Assembly (NCBI GenBank): GCA_963699255.1
Contig: OY969425.1
Location: 1,080,001-1,112,000, forward strand
Reading direction: 5' to 3'
Source of the DNA: an uncultured bacterium
GTDB lineage: Bacteria; Margulisbacteria; WOR-1; CAVSGV01
DNA length: 32,000 nucleotides
Of this stretch, positions 1-11,300 are shown in pieces (position 1 is the stretch's first letter; each line of letters begins with the position of its first letter). The position numbers and the translations under genes are program-made. The notes below the pieces were generated by a model, which made no database searches, was not told the origin of the DNA, and saw only the letters and a list, made by a program, of their open reading frames with translations.

Positions 1-1
1 C

Positions 2-3000
2 TATGGCACAGTCGTATCAAATGTCATATCAAGCCAGCTGCAGGAAGCTAAGGGCAATTCCGTTAGTTTCAGCAAAGATAAATTGATGGGCGGAGGCGTG
101 TTTGAGCCGGGTGAATACTCCATAAGATTGAAAATGGTCGATGAGGCGGGGAACGAAGAAACGCTCAATAAGGCGAACTTCACTATCATTTCAGGATTGA
201 GCATTTCAAATGCTGTCGCATCGCCGTTAATATTCACCCCGAACGGAGATAATCACGATGACTATGTCACTTTCAAATATAAAGTATCCGGCGGCGTTGG
301 AGATGTCACGGCAAAAGTAAAGATAAAGTCTTTAGCTGGAGCCACAGTTAAGACCTTCACCTCTCAGCTTGCGTCTTCGGGCTATGATCAAGAGATTTGG
401 GATGGAAAGGATGAACATAATAACCTTTGTCCCGATGGGCAATACCAGTATGAAATATCCGCAGCCGACAGCGCAGGCAACCAAGCATCTGCAATAACAG
501 GGAGCCTTACTCTCATAAGTAAACCAACCATAGTCGTTTATGCGGATCCGAAGACTCTTTCTTCCAGCGGGAATGACATGACTATCTACTATAACATCAA
601 TTATCAGGGGCAGCTTATTACGGGTAATTCGCAGGTAACCGCGACCATATATGATCAATCTAATACAATAGTTTATTATTTTTCCGACACAAAAGGGGAA
701 GGAAATTATTCTAATAAGTGGGCCGGGCAAAACAATCAAACCGGAGGGATCGTTCCTAACGGAACTTACAGGCTGGAGGTCAAGTCATCAGATCCTACGG
801 GGACCATTTATTATTATGCGACAGATCTCGTTGTTGGCGCGCCGTTGCAGATAACGGGAGAAAGCGCCTCTCCGGCTATATTCACGCCGAACGGCGACAA
901 CCATGATGATAATACGACCATAGGATATGTCGTGAGCGGCGGGTTTGGAAGTGTTGTGTCAACGGTTGAAATAAAGACTCTATCCGGAACAACAGTAAAA
1001 ACGTTTACAGATTCGGATGTTGGAACTCCCGTTACATGTTCTTTTACATGGGATGGTAAGAACGGATCAAACAACCTGTGTCCGGATGGAAAATATCAAT
1101 ATGAGATAACCGCGGCTGATTCCACAGGGGACTTATCCGCTCAAATTACGGGAGAAATTGTTCTTGCCGCGAATCCGACGATAACTATGTCCGCAACGCC
1201 AACAACAATATCCCCGAATAGCAATGCTTCCACAATTCACTGCACGATCAATTACGGGGGATTATTTTCCGGCAATTCGCAATTAACGATTGAGGTATTC
1301 AATGGATCCGGAATCAAAGTTTACTCACTTACCGGTTCAAAAGGAGAAGGCAGCTATTCATATCTCTGGGGAGGAGAGAATAATCAGACAAGCGGCTATG
1401 TCCCGGACGGAACATACACATTGGAAGTACAGGCAACGGATCCTACGGGGACAATTTATTCATATACTGCCGATCTTGTTGTCAGCGCGGGATTACAGGT
1501 AACAGGAGAGAGTGCTGTGCCGATAATATTTTCGCCAAACGGGGATAATCATTATGACACAACGACCATTTCATATTTTGTTTCCGGCGGTGTCGGAAAT
1601 GGTGTATCAACGGTAGAGATAAAGTCATTAGCGGGCACTACAGTGAAAGTCTTTTCTAGTCCCTATTCCCCAGGCTCTAATCCCTCCTTTACTTGGGACG
1701 GCAAAGATATATCAGGCAGTTTATGTCCCGACGGCGAGTATACTTATGTGATAACAGCATCCGATTCCGCGGGCAATTCATCTCCAATAGTTTCAGGCGG
1801 CATTGTTCTTGCCGCAAACGCAGCAATATCCATGTATGCGGATCCAAAAACATTGTCTCCAAATGGCGATGGGATAACTAATGCTTCAACAATGTACTGT
1901 GTGATCAGCTACGGAGGCTTGATCTCTGGTGATTCGCAAATAGCGATGGATATTTTCGATCATTCCGGCATTAAAGTTTACTCGCTTACCGATACAAAGG
2001 GAGAAGGCAGCTATTCATATGCCTGGGGTGGTGTGAACAACCAGGCAGGCGTATTTGTGCCGGACGGGACTTACACTCTAAAAATGCAAGCGTCGGATCC
2101 CACAGGAACCATTTACTCATATACAACTGACCTTCTGGTCAGCGCGGAATTAAAGATAACCGGAGAAAGCGCCGTGCCGGTAATATTTACGCCTAACGGA
2201 GATGGACATGACGATACTACGACAATTTCATACCTTGTTTCCGGTGGTGTCAGCAGCGTCACTGCAACAGTAGAGATTAAGTCCTTAGCAAGAACCATAG
2301 TTAAGTCTTTTACTGATACTGTACACAGTACACCGTCAACTATAAATGTTACATGGGATGGAAATGATGGATCGGGCAGCATGTGTCCAGATGGAAAATA
2401 TATATGTGAAATATCAGCTTTGGACAGCGCCGGCAATGTAAGTTCATTAACCGGCGGCGATATTACATTGGTTAAAAGCACGACCATATCCTTAGAGGCG
2501 GCCCCGCTAAAGATCTCTCCAAACGGAGGTGGAGTCGATGAATACACGGTGATTTCATATTCCATTGACTATAAAGGCGGCTTGATCTCCGGTAATTCGC
2601 AGATAGCTATAAATATCTATGATAAAACAGGAACAAAAGTCTATAGTTTTACCGATACAAAAGGAGAAGGAAACTACTCGCTTAACTGGGGCGGACTGAA
2701 TAACCAGATCGGCGGTAAAGTCCTGGATGGAACTTATACGCTGGAGGTACAGGCAACGGATCCGACAGGGACAGTTTATCCGTTCATAGCTGATATTATA
2801 ATTGACAGAGGTCCGCCCAAGATAACGGATAACGGTATAAGCCCTACAGAGCCGATAACACCAAATGGAGATCGCCAGCAAGACGACGTCACCATTAAGT
2901 ATCAAGTTACTGATGTGGGAAATCCTATATCGTCTATAGAAGTCGAAATATACAATTCTGCTGTTACATTTGATGCATCTACTCTTGTCCGGCGCATTAT

Positions 3001-6000
3001 TGGATCGGCGGGCGGTGATACTTTATGGGATGGAAGAGTAGATGTTACAGGTGGCAACGGAGACAAAGATGGTAATGGATACGCGGACGAAGGCTTATAT
3101 AAATATGTCATAAAGGCGTCGGATATATTTGGAAACACCGCTACACTTGTCTCTACAAACAGCATACAGGTTGATAAAGTTTATCTGAGTTTTGGCGAGA
3201 TATTAAGCGATCCAAGTAACCCGTATTTTTCGCCGAACGGTGACAGCGTAAAAGATTCTACTGTCATTTCATTCAATCTTGAGACCACGGAGGAAGTTCA
3301 TCCATATTATCTGCAGTCGAAAGGGATGAAGATCGCCGGAATGAAGATCCTGTCGTCCGGCTACAATGTAGGAAAAGTCACGATGAAGATCAAGGATATG
3401 TCTGGAAACACAATTAGAACACTTATGGATTCAGTTTCGCGCGAAGCAGGAATAACATATGAGGTCACGTGGGACGGGAAGGATTCATCTGGCATAGTCG
3501 TACCAGATGGTTCCTACACAATAGAAGTTAAAGCCGTTGATATGATAGGCGACCCGGCAACGAACAGCATTATTTCCGGCATAACTTCAAATTGCAGCCA
3601 GGCTGTTGTTGATACTGTATCACCGATCGCGCAGATCACCAGCCCGGCGGATGGTTCATGGCAGAAAGGGATCATTAATATTGTCGGGAGCGCTTCTGAT
3701 GCAAATCCCATGAGTTATTCTCTTGGATATGACGGTTCATCCACGAATATCGGGTCTGGTGCGGGGAATAAGATAAATGAAGCCATTGTTTCCTGGGATG
3801 CGTCCGCTGTCAATAAGACCTGCACGTTAGAGCTTTATGCGGTTGATGCGGCTGGAAATACGGCTGAAGCGATCAGGACATTCAATGTGGACAATCTGCC
3901 TCCGCAAATATCAAACATATCGATCATGTCAAACGGCCAGCAAAGAAGTTATTTTAATCCCTATCTTGACGGTTCAATTTCAGTCGAGTGTCAGATAGAT
4001 GATAACTCTTTCAACGCTGGCGCGGGTGGTTATTCTGTCCCCTGCTCCACCATTACCATCGATTCAGATGTATGGAACGGCGCGACGAAGATAGCCACGC
4101 TTAAAAGTAATCAACCTGTGACAAGCGGTAATAAATATGTTAGCTGGACCGGTCTTAACGATTCCAGTCCCAGCGATTACGTAAATGAAGGCGATTATCA
4201 GATAAGATTATCCGTGACCGATCTCGCGGGAAATAATACTATTGTTACAAGAACAGTATCTCTGGTCGATGACCAGAAGATAACAAGCCGTGAAGGTGGC
4301 TCATATTCGCACGATCCGAATTTGGCGTTATCAGGCACAAGTCTAAACTTAAGGTTTATTACAGGAGAAAGCTGGGGCCAAGCACAGATAAAGTCTGACA
4401 GGCTTAGTGTTTCGGGCAGAGACAAATGTCAACAAAAATGGGTTGGCAGCGTTCAATGTGACAAATCGCAAACTGTGGAGGTGATAGACAGCTATCATGT
4501 TCAAACCCAATATCAAGATCAAATATATTGCTGGAATTATTTAAATAATGCATCGGGCGTGAATGTATGGAACAACGGCCATTCTCATTACACGAACAGC
4601 AGTGCTACATATAATGCAACTGTATCAAAGGCAATGAGATGTCAAACTATTTTCTGGCTTGATTCGGAATTAATGAATCCGTATGGTTATGGTGTTGGCG
4701 ATGCGGATATGACCGTAATATTTCAAGAAAGAAAATATAATCTCAACAAAACCTGTAATGTCACTAGCTTACAGGCTTTGAATAACGCTTCTTCGCCAAT
4801 ATTTGAAGGCGATACATACGAATCTTTTGCTTGTGGCGGTGCGACCAAACATTTGGTATGGGCTTCTAAATTCTATACGGTGGCGGGCAATGGGCCATCA
4901 GGAGGAGGCCCTTATGTTTACACCAATAATTATGAGATTATATATAACAAAAGTGTGAACGGGATATTAAATTATGACAATAATGGCAATACCTACTATC
5001 CTTTAGAGATAAAATTGACAAATAAATCTGCTGGCGATTCCATAAACCCTGCCGTTGCCACCGATTCTACCACCGGCAATAAAGTCTATGTTGTCTGGGA
5101 GGATTATCGAAACGGAAGCGGACAAATATTCATCAATAGATCAACCACATCTGGTGAAGTTTGGGCAGGGGATGTTCCTCTAACTTCAGAAACGAATTGT
5201 TCAACCCCGTCGATCGCAACAGACTCATCCGGAAATACAATCTATGTCGCTTTTGCGAAGCAGGTGAACGGGCATAAAGAACTCAATGTTATGAAAAGCG
5301 ATAATGGCGGAACTCGATGGCATGGCCCAGTAAGAATAACAAGATATGAATTTTCCACCTGTGAAGCTTCAAAGTCATCGATAGTCTGTGACGCGTCCGG
5401 CAATGCCTATGTCGCCTGGGAAGATACAAGGGCAGGCACATCAGAAATATTCTTCCAGAAAATACCATCAAATTTTGCGCCATTTTCAAGCCCTGGAATG
5501 ACGATAATGTCCATGCCTCAACAGCCAATAGTTCAGGCTCCGATCACTATAACATCCACCTCAAGCACGCCGGAGCTTATTTCCCCGGTCGATAAAGCAA
5601 CTGTTAAAGCCCTTCGTCCGACATTCAAATGGTATGGGGTACAAAATGTTACGGATTATCGAATAGAATGCGCGACTTCATCAGATGAATCATCTCTTGC
5701 CAATTCACTTGATTATTTCACGGCAACGATCTCCGATGTATCAGGCGCCAAACCTGTGTGCGAATTTACTCAGAACGAACACTTCATGGGGCTTGATGAA
5801 AGCACTCCTAGCAATCCTTACTGGTATTGGAGAGTGCAGACTATCACTTCAGAAGCTTCGACATCTGAAGTCGGTTCTTTCAGGATCGAACTGCCCACAA
5901 GCCTATCAGGCGTTACCAACTGGCCCAATCCATTCGATCCTAATAAAGAAAGAACGAAGATCCGATATCGGCTCGGCAGAGAACCCAATTCAGTAACGAT

Positions 6001-6217
6001 TAGGATATATGACATCACTGGAGCATTGGTTAAAGAACTTGACGGAACTACGAATCCCGAAGGAGCCAGTATTTGGAATAAATATAACGATGTTGAATGG
6101 GATGGACGCAACGGCAGAGGCGACTTAGTTCTTAACGGCATTTATCCGTTTGAGATAACCGTTAATTACGGTGATAAGTCCGTGACGGGAAGAGGAAATA
6201 TAGCAGTGCTAAAATGA
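2..6217 (+). CDS. Giant secreted surface/adhesin-like protein, 5'-partial. Contains multiple FlgD-Ig-like domains, a BNR/Asp-box propeller-like region and a C-terminal FlgD-Ig/T9SS-CTD-like sorting domain
   Basis: The 2044-aa ORF (83..6217) stays open in frame back to nt 2, so the true N-terminus lies outside the window. It has recurrent (F/I)(T/S)PNGDxxDD ... WDGKD ... CPDG(Q/K/E)Y ... A(A/S)DSAGN modules of FlgD-Ig type. An Asp-box KSDNGGTRW and repeated VWED(Y/T)R.G...IF motifs occur in the C-terminal third. The tail NWPNPFDPNKERTKIRYRL..VTIRIYDITGALVKEL..WDGRNGRGDLVLNGIY resembles T9SS/FlgD-type C-terminal domains. Confidence 0.85.
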   Translation, partial: YGTVVSNVISSQLQEAKGNSVSFSKDKLMGGGVFEPGEYSIRLKMVDEAGNEETLNKANFTIISGLSISNAVASPLIFTPNGDNHDDYVTFKYKVSGGVGDVTAKVKIKSLAGATVKTFTSQLASSGYDQEIWDGKDEHNNLCPDGQYQYEISAADSAGNQASAITGSLTLISKPTIVVYADPKTLSSSGNDMTIYYNINYQGQLITGNSQVTATIYDQSNTIVYYFSDTKGEGNYSNKWAGQNNQTGGIVPNGTYRLEVKSSDPTGTIYYYATDLVVGAPLQITGESASPAIFTPNGDNHDDNTTIGYVVSGGFGSVVSTVEIKTLSGTTVKTFTDSDVGTPVTCSFTWDGKNGSNNLCPDGKYQYEITAADSTGDLSAQITGEIVLAANPTITMSATPTTISPNSNASTIHCTINYGGLFSGNSQLTIEVFNGSGIKVYSLTGSKGEGSYSYLWGGENNQTSGYVPDGTYTLEVQATDPTGTIYSYTADLVVSAGLQVTGESAVPIIFSPNGDNHYDTTTISYFVSGGVGNGVSTVEIKSLAGTTVKVFSSPYSPGSNPSFTWDGKDISGSLCPDGEYTYVITASDSAGNSSPIVSGGIVLAANAAISMYADPKTLSPNGDGITNASTMYCVISYGGLISGDSQIAMDIFDHSGIKVYSLTDTKGEGSYSYAWGGVNNQAGVFVPDGTYTLKMQASDPTGTIYSYTTDLLVSAELKITGESAVPVIFTPNGDGHDDTTTISYLVSGGVSSVTATVEIKSLARTIVKSFTDTVHSTPSTINVTWDGNDGSGSMCPDGKYICEISALDSAGNVSSLTGGDITLVKSTTISLEAAPLKISPNGGGVDEYTVISYSIDYKGGLISGNSQIAINIYDKTGTKVYSFTDTKGEGNYSLNWGGLNNQIGGKVLDGTYTLEVQATDPTGTVYPFIADIIIDRGPPKITDNGISPTEPITPNGDRQQDDVTIKYQVTDVGNPISSIEVEIYNSAVTFDASTLVRRIIGSAGGDTLWDGRVDVTGGNGDKDGNGYADEGLYKYVIKASDIFGNTATLVSTNSIQVDKVYLSFGEILSDPSNPYFSPNGDSVKDSTVISFNLETTEEVHPYYLQSKGMKIAGMKILSSGYNVGKVTMKIKDMSGNTIRTLMDSVSREAGITYEVTWDGKDSSGIVVPDGSYTIEVKAVDMIGDPATNSIISGITSNCSQAVVDTVSPIAQITSPADGSWQKGIINIVGSASDANPMSYSLGYDGSSTNIGSGAGNKINEAIVSWDASAVNKTCTLELYAVDAAGNTAEAIRTFNVDNLPPQISNISIMSNGQQRSYFNPYLDGSISVECQIDDNSFNAGAGGYSVPCSTITIDSDVWNGATKIATLKSNQPVTSGNKYVSWTGLNDSSPSDYVNEGDYQIRLSVTDLAGNNTIVTRTVSLVDDQKITSREGGSYSHDPNLALSGTSLNLRFITGESWGQAQIKSDRLSVSGRDKCQQKWVGSVQCDKSQTVEVIDSYHVQTQYQDQIYCWNYLNNASGVNVWNNGHSHYTNSSATYNATVSKAMRCQTIFWLDSELMNPYGYGVGDADMTVIFQERKYNLNKTCNVTSLQALNNASSPIFEGDTYESFACGGATKHLVWASKFYTVAGNGPSGGGPYVYTNNYEIIYNKSVNGILNYDNNGNTYYPLEIKLTNKSAGDSINPAVATDSTTGNKVYVVWEDYRNGSGQIFINRSTTSGEVWAGDVPLTSETNCSTPSIATDSSGNTIYVAFAKQVNGHKELNVMKSDNGGTRWHGPVRITRYEFSTCEASKSSIVCDASGNAYVAWEDTRAGTSEIFFQKIPSNFAPFSSPGMTIMSMPQQPIVQAPITITSTSSTPELISPVDKATVKALRPTFKWYGVQNVTDYRIECATSSDESSLANSLDYFTATISDVSGAKPVCEFTQNEHFMGLDESTPSNPYWYWRVQTITSEASTSEVGSFRIELPTSLSGVTNWPNPFDPNKERTKIRYRLGREPNSVTIRIYDITGALVKELDGTTNPEGASIWNKYNDVEWDGRNGRGDLVLNGIYPFEITVNYGDKSVTGRGNIAVLK
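188..2810 (+). repeat. Four tandem ~650-660-bp (~220-aa) intragenic repeat units, each with two Ig-like modules
   Basis: Unit boundaries are marked by (L/S)(Q/K/S)I(T/S)G(E/L)SA.P.IF(T/S)PNGD at about nt 188, 845, 1493 and 2150, with a degenerate fifth boundary near 2810. Each unit ends with GEG(N/S)YS..W(A/G)G.NNQ.G..VPDGTY.LE(V/M)(K/Q)(S/A)(S/T)DPTGTIY. Confidence 0.85.
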
Positions 6218-7230
6218 AAAACATTCAACATCAAACAGCAAACTTCCAAATAATATCCGCAACCAAAAAACCAGCATTTGGGATCTGGATATTGATAATT
6301 GGGATTTGTTTTGGATTTTGTAGTTGGATGTTGGAAGTCCCATGCTTTGCCACTGACACCGGTCAAGCCGGTCTGGATATCGCAGTCCTTGAAGCCGGTG
6401 TTGGAGCCAGAGCTTTGGGAATGGGCGGCGCTTTTACAGCCGTGGCTGATAACGCCGACGCACCATTCTGGAACCCGGCGGGGCTAGCCCAAATAAACAA
6501 CAATGAAATAACGGCTATGCAGACAAAGTTGTCCACCGATGCTGATCATTATTATGTCAGCTATGTCACTCCCCTTTTGGGCGGAGGCTTAGGTATAAGC
6601 TGGATACAGGTGGGAATGAATTCTATTACCCAGACAGGGAATTCCACGAGCGAATACAACGAAGTGACCAATCTTGGCATATTCAGTTATTTCTCAAATG
6701 CCTATCTTCTCGCTTACGGAAGGAACATTACAGATAATTTAAGCTTCGGTATCACCGCCAAGTATCTCACATCTGACATGCCGGGGTTGGTATCTATCGA
6801 AGGTGCCAGCGCATACGGATATTCTATCACTCCTGGACTGCTCTACAAACCGACAAGAGAACTTTCAATCGGCCTCAAGATAGACGAACTTATCAATTAC
6901 CAGAAGTGGGGAACGGATGCAGAGGAAATAGTGCCGTCGATATCCAGGCTTGGAATATCTTATGCAACACGGGTCCCATTGCTCGGCAATCCGCTGTTGT
7001 TATCCGGGGATATAAGCCAGATAAATAAAGCCGGATATGTTCCTGAAGGAAGTGCTGGAGCCGAAGCTAAATTTGGACAGATCGCTTTTAGAATTGGATA
7101 TAGCGAACAATCAATGACCGGAGGGGCCGGTTTTGAAGCAGACCACATCAGTATAGATTATGCATATGTAACTCAAACCAGTTTGACGAAAGATAACGTG
7201 CATAGGGTCAGTTTGACCGGTCGGTGGTAG
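6214..7230 (+). CDS. PorV/PorQ-like outer-membrane beta-barrel protein
   Basis: The start ATG overlaps the stop of the giant gene (ATGA at 6214-6217). The N-terminal stretch is hydrophobic. The diagnostic motif GVGARALGMGGAFTAVADNADAPFWNPAGLA is present, followed by alternating beta-strand-like sequence to the C-terminus. Confidence 0.7.
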   Translation: MKNIQHQTANFQIISATKKPAFGIWILIIGICFGFCSWMLEVPCFATDTGQAGLDIAVLEAGVGARALGMGGAFTAVADNADAPFWNPAGLAQINNNEITAMQTKLSTDADHYYVSYVTPLLGGGLGISWIQVGMNSITQTGNSTSEYNEVTNLGIFSYFSNAYLLAYGRNITDNLSFGITAKYLTSDMPGLVSIEGASAYGYSITPGLLYKPTRELSIGLKIDELINYQKWGTDAEEIVPSISRLGISYATRVPLLGNPLLLSGDISQINKAGYVPEGSAGAEAKFGQIAFRIGYSEQSMTGGAGFEADHISIDYAYVTQTSLTKDNVHRVSLTGRW

Positions 7231-7260
7231 ATCGATCTCGATAGCAGATTGGGAGGGAAA

Positions 7261-8235
7261 ATGAAAATAACTTTCTTGACCATATTAATTATTGCAGTTT
7301 ACTGCTCGATCGTTTTTTCCATGGGAACTACGCCGCCGACTAGTGAAGTTGCTATTGTCCCTTCCGTTGCGTTCGTGAGATCGATAGGCTCCGCCGGTTC
7401 CGGGAACGGCCAATTCCTTTATACCCGTGATGTTTGTGTCGGGGCCTACGGCGACCTTTCAACCGGCCTTGGGAACATCTTTGTCGCTGATACGGGAAAT
7501 AACAGGATCCAGGTCTTTGACAGCGGCGGCGATTTTTTGTTCCAGTTCGGGAGCTTTGGAAGCGACATAGGAAAGTTCAACTCGCCGTCAAATGTCGTGG
7601 TCGATTTCAATTTCAGTATCTATGTTATGGACAGGGAGAACAGCAGAGTGCAGAAATTCGACATTAGAGGCAATTATTTATCCCAATTCGGCTCTTTTGG
7701 AACGGACTCAGGACAATTCAGTGACCCCTGCGGCTTGGCAGTTGATTCCTGGGGAAGGATATTTGTCGCAGACACCGGCAACAACAGAATACAAGAATTT
7801 GATTCATCTAGTTCTTTTCTGGCTTCAATAGGAGCGTTCGGTTGGGGTGATGGCTTCTTTGACACACCTCGTGATGTCGCAATAGATAAAGACAAGAATA
7901 TCTATGTTGCGGATACGAAGAACGACAGGGTCCAGAAACTTGATGAATTCGGGAAACCGATACTCTCTTTTGGGAAATCCGGCAGCGGTGACGGCGAGTT
8001 CCACAGTCCCTCAGGGATCGCAGTCGATGATAAATTCATATGTGTGAGTGACAGCGGGAACAACAGGGTGCAGGTATTTAACAAGAGTGGAGTGTTTCTC
8101 GCGAAATTCGGATCGATAGGCTCAAAGAACGGTGAGTTCAACGATCCAACCGGCATATCGATCGGCAAACCCGGTCAGCTTTTTATTGCTGACACAAATA
8201 ACCATCGCGTGCAGGAATTTAAAATAAGTTTCTGA
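7261..8235 (+). CDS. Secreted NHL-repeat (six-bladed beta-propeller) protein
   Basis: There are six repeats of (F/V)ADTGNNR(I/V)Q(V/E/K)F(D/N)..G.F...FGS.GS..G.F..P.G(I/L/V)(A/V)VD. I prefer ATG 7261 (MKITFLTILIIAVY signal peptide) with RBS GGGAGGG at 7251-7257 over the TTG at 7249 in the ORF track. Confidence 0.85.
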   Translation: MKITFLTILIIAVYCSIVFSMGTTPPTSEVAIVPSVAFVRSIGSAGSGNGQFLYTRDVCVGAYGDLSTGLGNIFVADTGNNRIQVFDSGGDFLFQFGSFGSDIGKFNSPSNVVVDFNFSIYVMDRENSRVQKFDIRGNYLSQFGSFGTDSGQFSDPCGLAVDSWGRIFVADTGNNRIQEFDSSSSFLASIGAFGWGDGFFDTPRDVAIDKDKNIYVADTKNDRVQKLDEFGKPILSFGKSGSGDGEFHSPSGIAVDDKFICVSDSGNNRVQVFNKSGVFLAKFGSIGSKNGEFNDPTGISIGKPGQLFIADTNNHRVQEFKISF

Positions 8236-8309
8236 CCCGAAATTAGAACTTGCCAGTATCCATCGGGCCGGTTCCGCATCTGCAATTCGGATCCAAAGGA
8301 CCATACGAT

Positions 8310-11300
8310 ATGGGTGTAACTAATAATGGATGCAATGCGGGATACAATATGGCGCCGAAGGTGTTCCCCTCGGGATATTTTCTTTTTGTTCTGTTAGCGA
8401 TTATTGTGATATTTTTCATCAATTCTTTCGCCTTTGCCATTTCAAAACCCAGTTCCGAGTTCCGCCATTTAAAAGGTGCAAGTACTGAGGCTTACGACAT
8501 CCTTCTTAATCCGTATCCGATACCCATTGGAAAAGATGTCGGGATCAGGGTTTCCGTCCCGCACGATCCACAAAAGGTAGTTTTCGTTTTTGATAAGAAT
8601 GCCAAATACACGCTCGGCAAGGTTGGGAATTACTGGAGAGGCATCATAAGATTGCCAGATAACCATGCGGAAGGATGGAATCTTTCTTTTGTCTATATCA
8701 AATACAAAAGATCAGATATCGATCGTGCGGCAGCGCAAAAGTTGCTGACGTTCTTTAAAAAGCTGTTCGCCAGTGTCAGGCTGACTAATAAATACAGCGA
8801 TTATATAATGTTCGAGGGCAAGATATGGATTAGAGCATACAGAGTGCCTGAGAACCAATTGATAAGCATTAAGTCTAAACCTGCGACTTCCGTTGAAGCG
8901 ATCTCAACACCTGAAGTTGTGCCCGTTATTATGACGCCTTCCGTTGAATCGGTTTTAACATCAGAAGCCATACCTTTTAAGGTTGTAACGTCCCTAGAAT
9001 CTAATCCGATCATTACGGCCAAACCTTCCATTGAAGCAGCTACAACTCTTGAAGCAGCCCCTTTAACGGTTCCGGTTTCTACCGGATCGCTTTTTTCGCC
9101 TGAAGCTACAATAACATCAGAAGCGGGATCGACCGGAGAGGCCTTTTGTTTTAAGATAAAAGGGACAAAATCGATCAATTTTGTTAGCAGGTCAATAGAG
9201 GGCAGCAAGGAAGGCTTTGTGCCGGGGCTGACAAGGGATGAGGCTCTTAGGATAAACATTTCCGGTGCCGCCAAGGATGGGACTGAGGTGGACGCGAGTT
9301 TCATTTCCACATCAACATCTGGCACGACAGCCTTAACGCAGAACGATGACAAAATATCGATCCTGGTAAAAAGAGCGAGCACCGAAGCCTACCTTGGGGA
9401 TTTCATAGGCGATTTTAACGATACCGAATTCGCGCGGCTTAATAAGAGCTTATCCGGCGTCAAGATTTCCGGTGATTATGCTACATGGGGTTTCAAGGCG
9501 CTCTATGCGACTCCTCGCGGTGACGCGAAGTATTACAGAGCCTACGGCAATGGAACGCAGGGGCCTTATTCCCTTGGCACTTCGCCGGTCGTAGTGGACA
9601 GCGATAAAGTTTATCTTGACGGGGCTCAGCAGAGACGCGGCAGCGATTACACGATCGACTATCAGGCAGGGACGATCACGTTCAAGAGCGCAGTGGTCAT
9701 AAGCACTTCGATAATCGAAGCTTATTACGACTGGAGCGAGACCCTTTATCAGCACTCGACCATCGGATTAAGATACAGGCAGACCGTCAATGATGACCTT
9801 AAGCTTGGGTTCACGTATATTAACGATTCGGATAGTACTTATAAAGCTTCGGAGATAAGAGACTCGCTTTCTGCGACAATTGAGCCGACAAGCCACTACA
9901 TCGTCGGCATCGACGGTTCAACAAAACTATTCGGCAACACGCTTATAAACTCCGAGCTCGCGTATTCGAATATAGACCTTAATATCCTTGAGCCTAACAA
10001 GACAATGGAGATAGGCAAGGCGTTCAAAATGGACACGACTACCGCGCAGGGGCCATTCACTTTGTTAACTAACTATAAAAGAGTTGGGGCGGGATTCAGC
10101 GCTATCGGAGACGCCGCGCCGCAGCAGGATGTGGATCAGTATGGCGGACTGTTCAGTTTCAGGCCGAGCAATATATATTATTTGGAAACGAATTATGCCT
10201 ACGATAAGTATAAACTCCTGGGAACACAATATTTGACAACCGACAAAAGCTTTAAGTCCAAATTCACTCCAGAGGATATCCCTTCTTTGAATTATGTTTA
10301 CAGGGAGACTGAGGATTCGAACGACCCAGTGACGGCTGCGCAGATAGACCGTTTAACGACACAGAATAATGTGGATTCAAGCTATAAATACGCGGGATTT
10401 TTGGTCTCGACACTGCAAGGAGGGATAGAGGAGAGAAGGAACAGGGAGCCTTCACTGGAAGTGACGACTTACAGGACCGTTAATTTCGGCACAGCCACTT
10501 ACGGCCTTGATAGGATATCCGCCTCCGGGAACATCGAATTAAAGGATACACAACTCCCGGATAAAACGAATCCTTTGACCAAGACATACAGCGCACTTGT
10601 TTCTGCAACGCCGACCAAAGACTATTTCGGCTCTCTTTCGCTCCAGATAATCGACGATTCCATCCAGGGAACAACAAATGTTACGGATCTTAATTACAAA
10701 GCAACTCCCGTGAATAATTTCTCAACTGACGGAAAATACACGATATCTTCCGTCCGGGAGGATTTTAACGGGACGTCGGAAGCGGTTTCAAAGCAAACAG
10801 GGTCCTTCCGATTTGATTACAGGCCGATCGATCCCATAAAGCTTAGGTATTATTACAAGCCGAATTTTACCCGGGTAGAGAGCTCCAATGCTTTAAGTTT
10901 CAACGATGAGGTTAATCAAGCCGAAATATATTATGCACCGCTCAGGGAGCTTTCAACGGGACTTGTTTATAAGACCGAAAATCTGATGAACCTAGATAGG
11001 ACCGACCCGGATTTTAAAAGAGAAGCCAACCGGCAGAATACGTATGACACGACCCTGCTCATTAATTCAGCTCCTTACAGGTTCTTATCGCTTGAACTCA
11101 GCTGCCAGAATACAGACCTTTTCCTTACTGAGCAGACCACTCCGGGGGCAACCGCTTATGACAGTTCGATCGGGAACACAAAGAAGTATGATATTAGCGC
11201 GAAGACATCGCTTTCGGAGCAATTCTCGATCGATTCGAGTTATTCTTACCAGAATCAGAACCAGTCGAGCACCAGCACAGCAGAAGAAATCGATGCACTT

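Noticed and set aside
332-6141. Numerous 60-150-aa ORFs antisense to or out of frame with the giant surface-protein gene, and likewise within 8250..11657, 17117..18706, 19071..19792, 21525..21965, 23709..24497, 28113..28583 and 29361..31772
   Set aside because: They are fully embedded in longer ORFs that carry recognisable domain motifs, and they are typical shadow ORFs.
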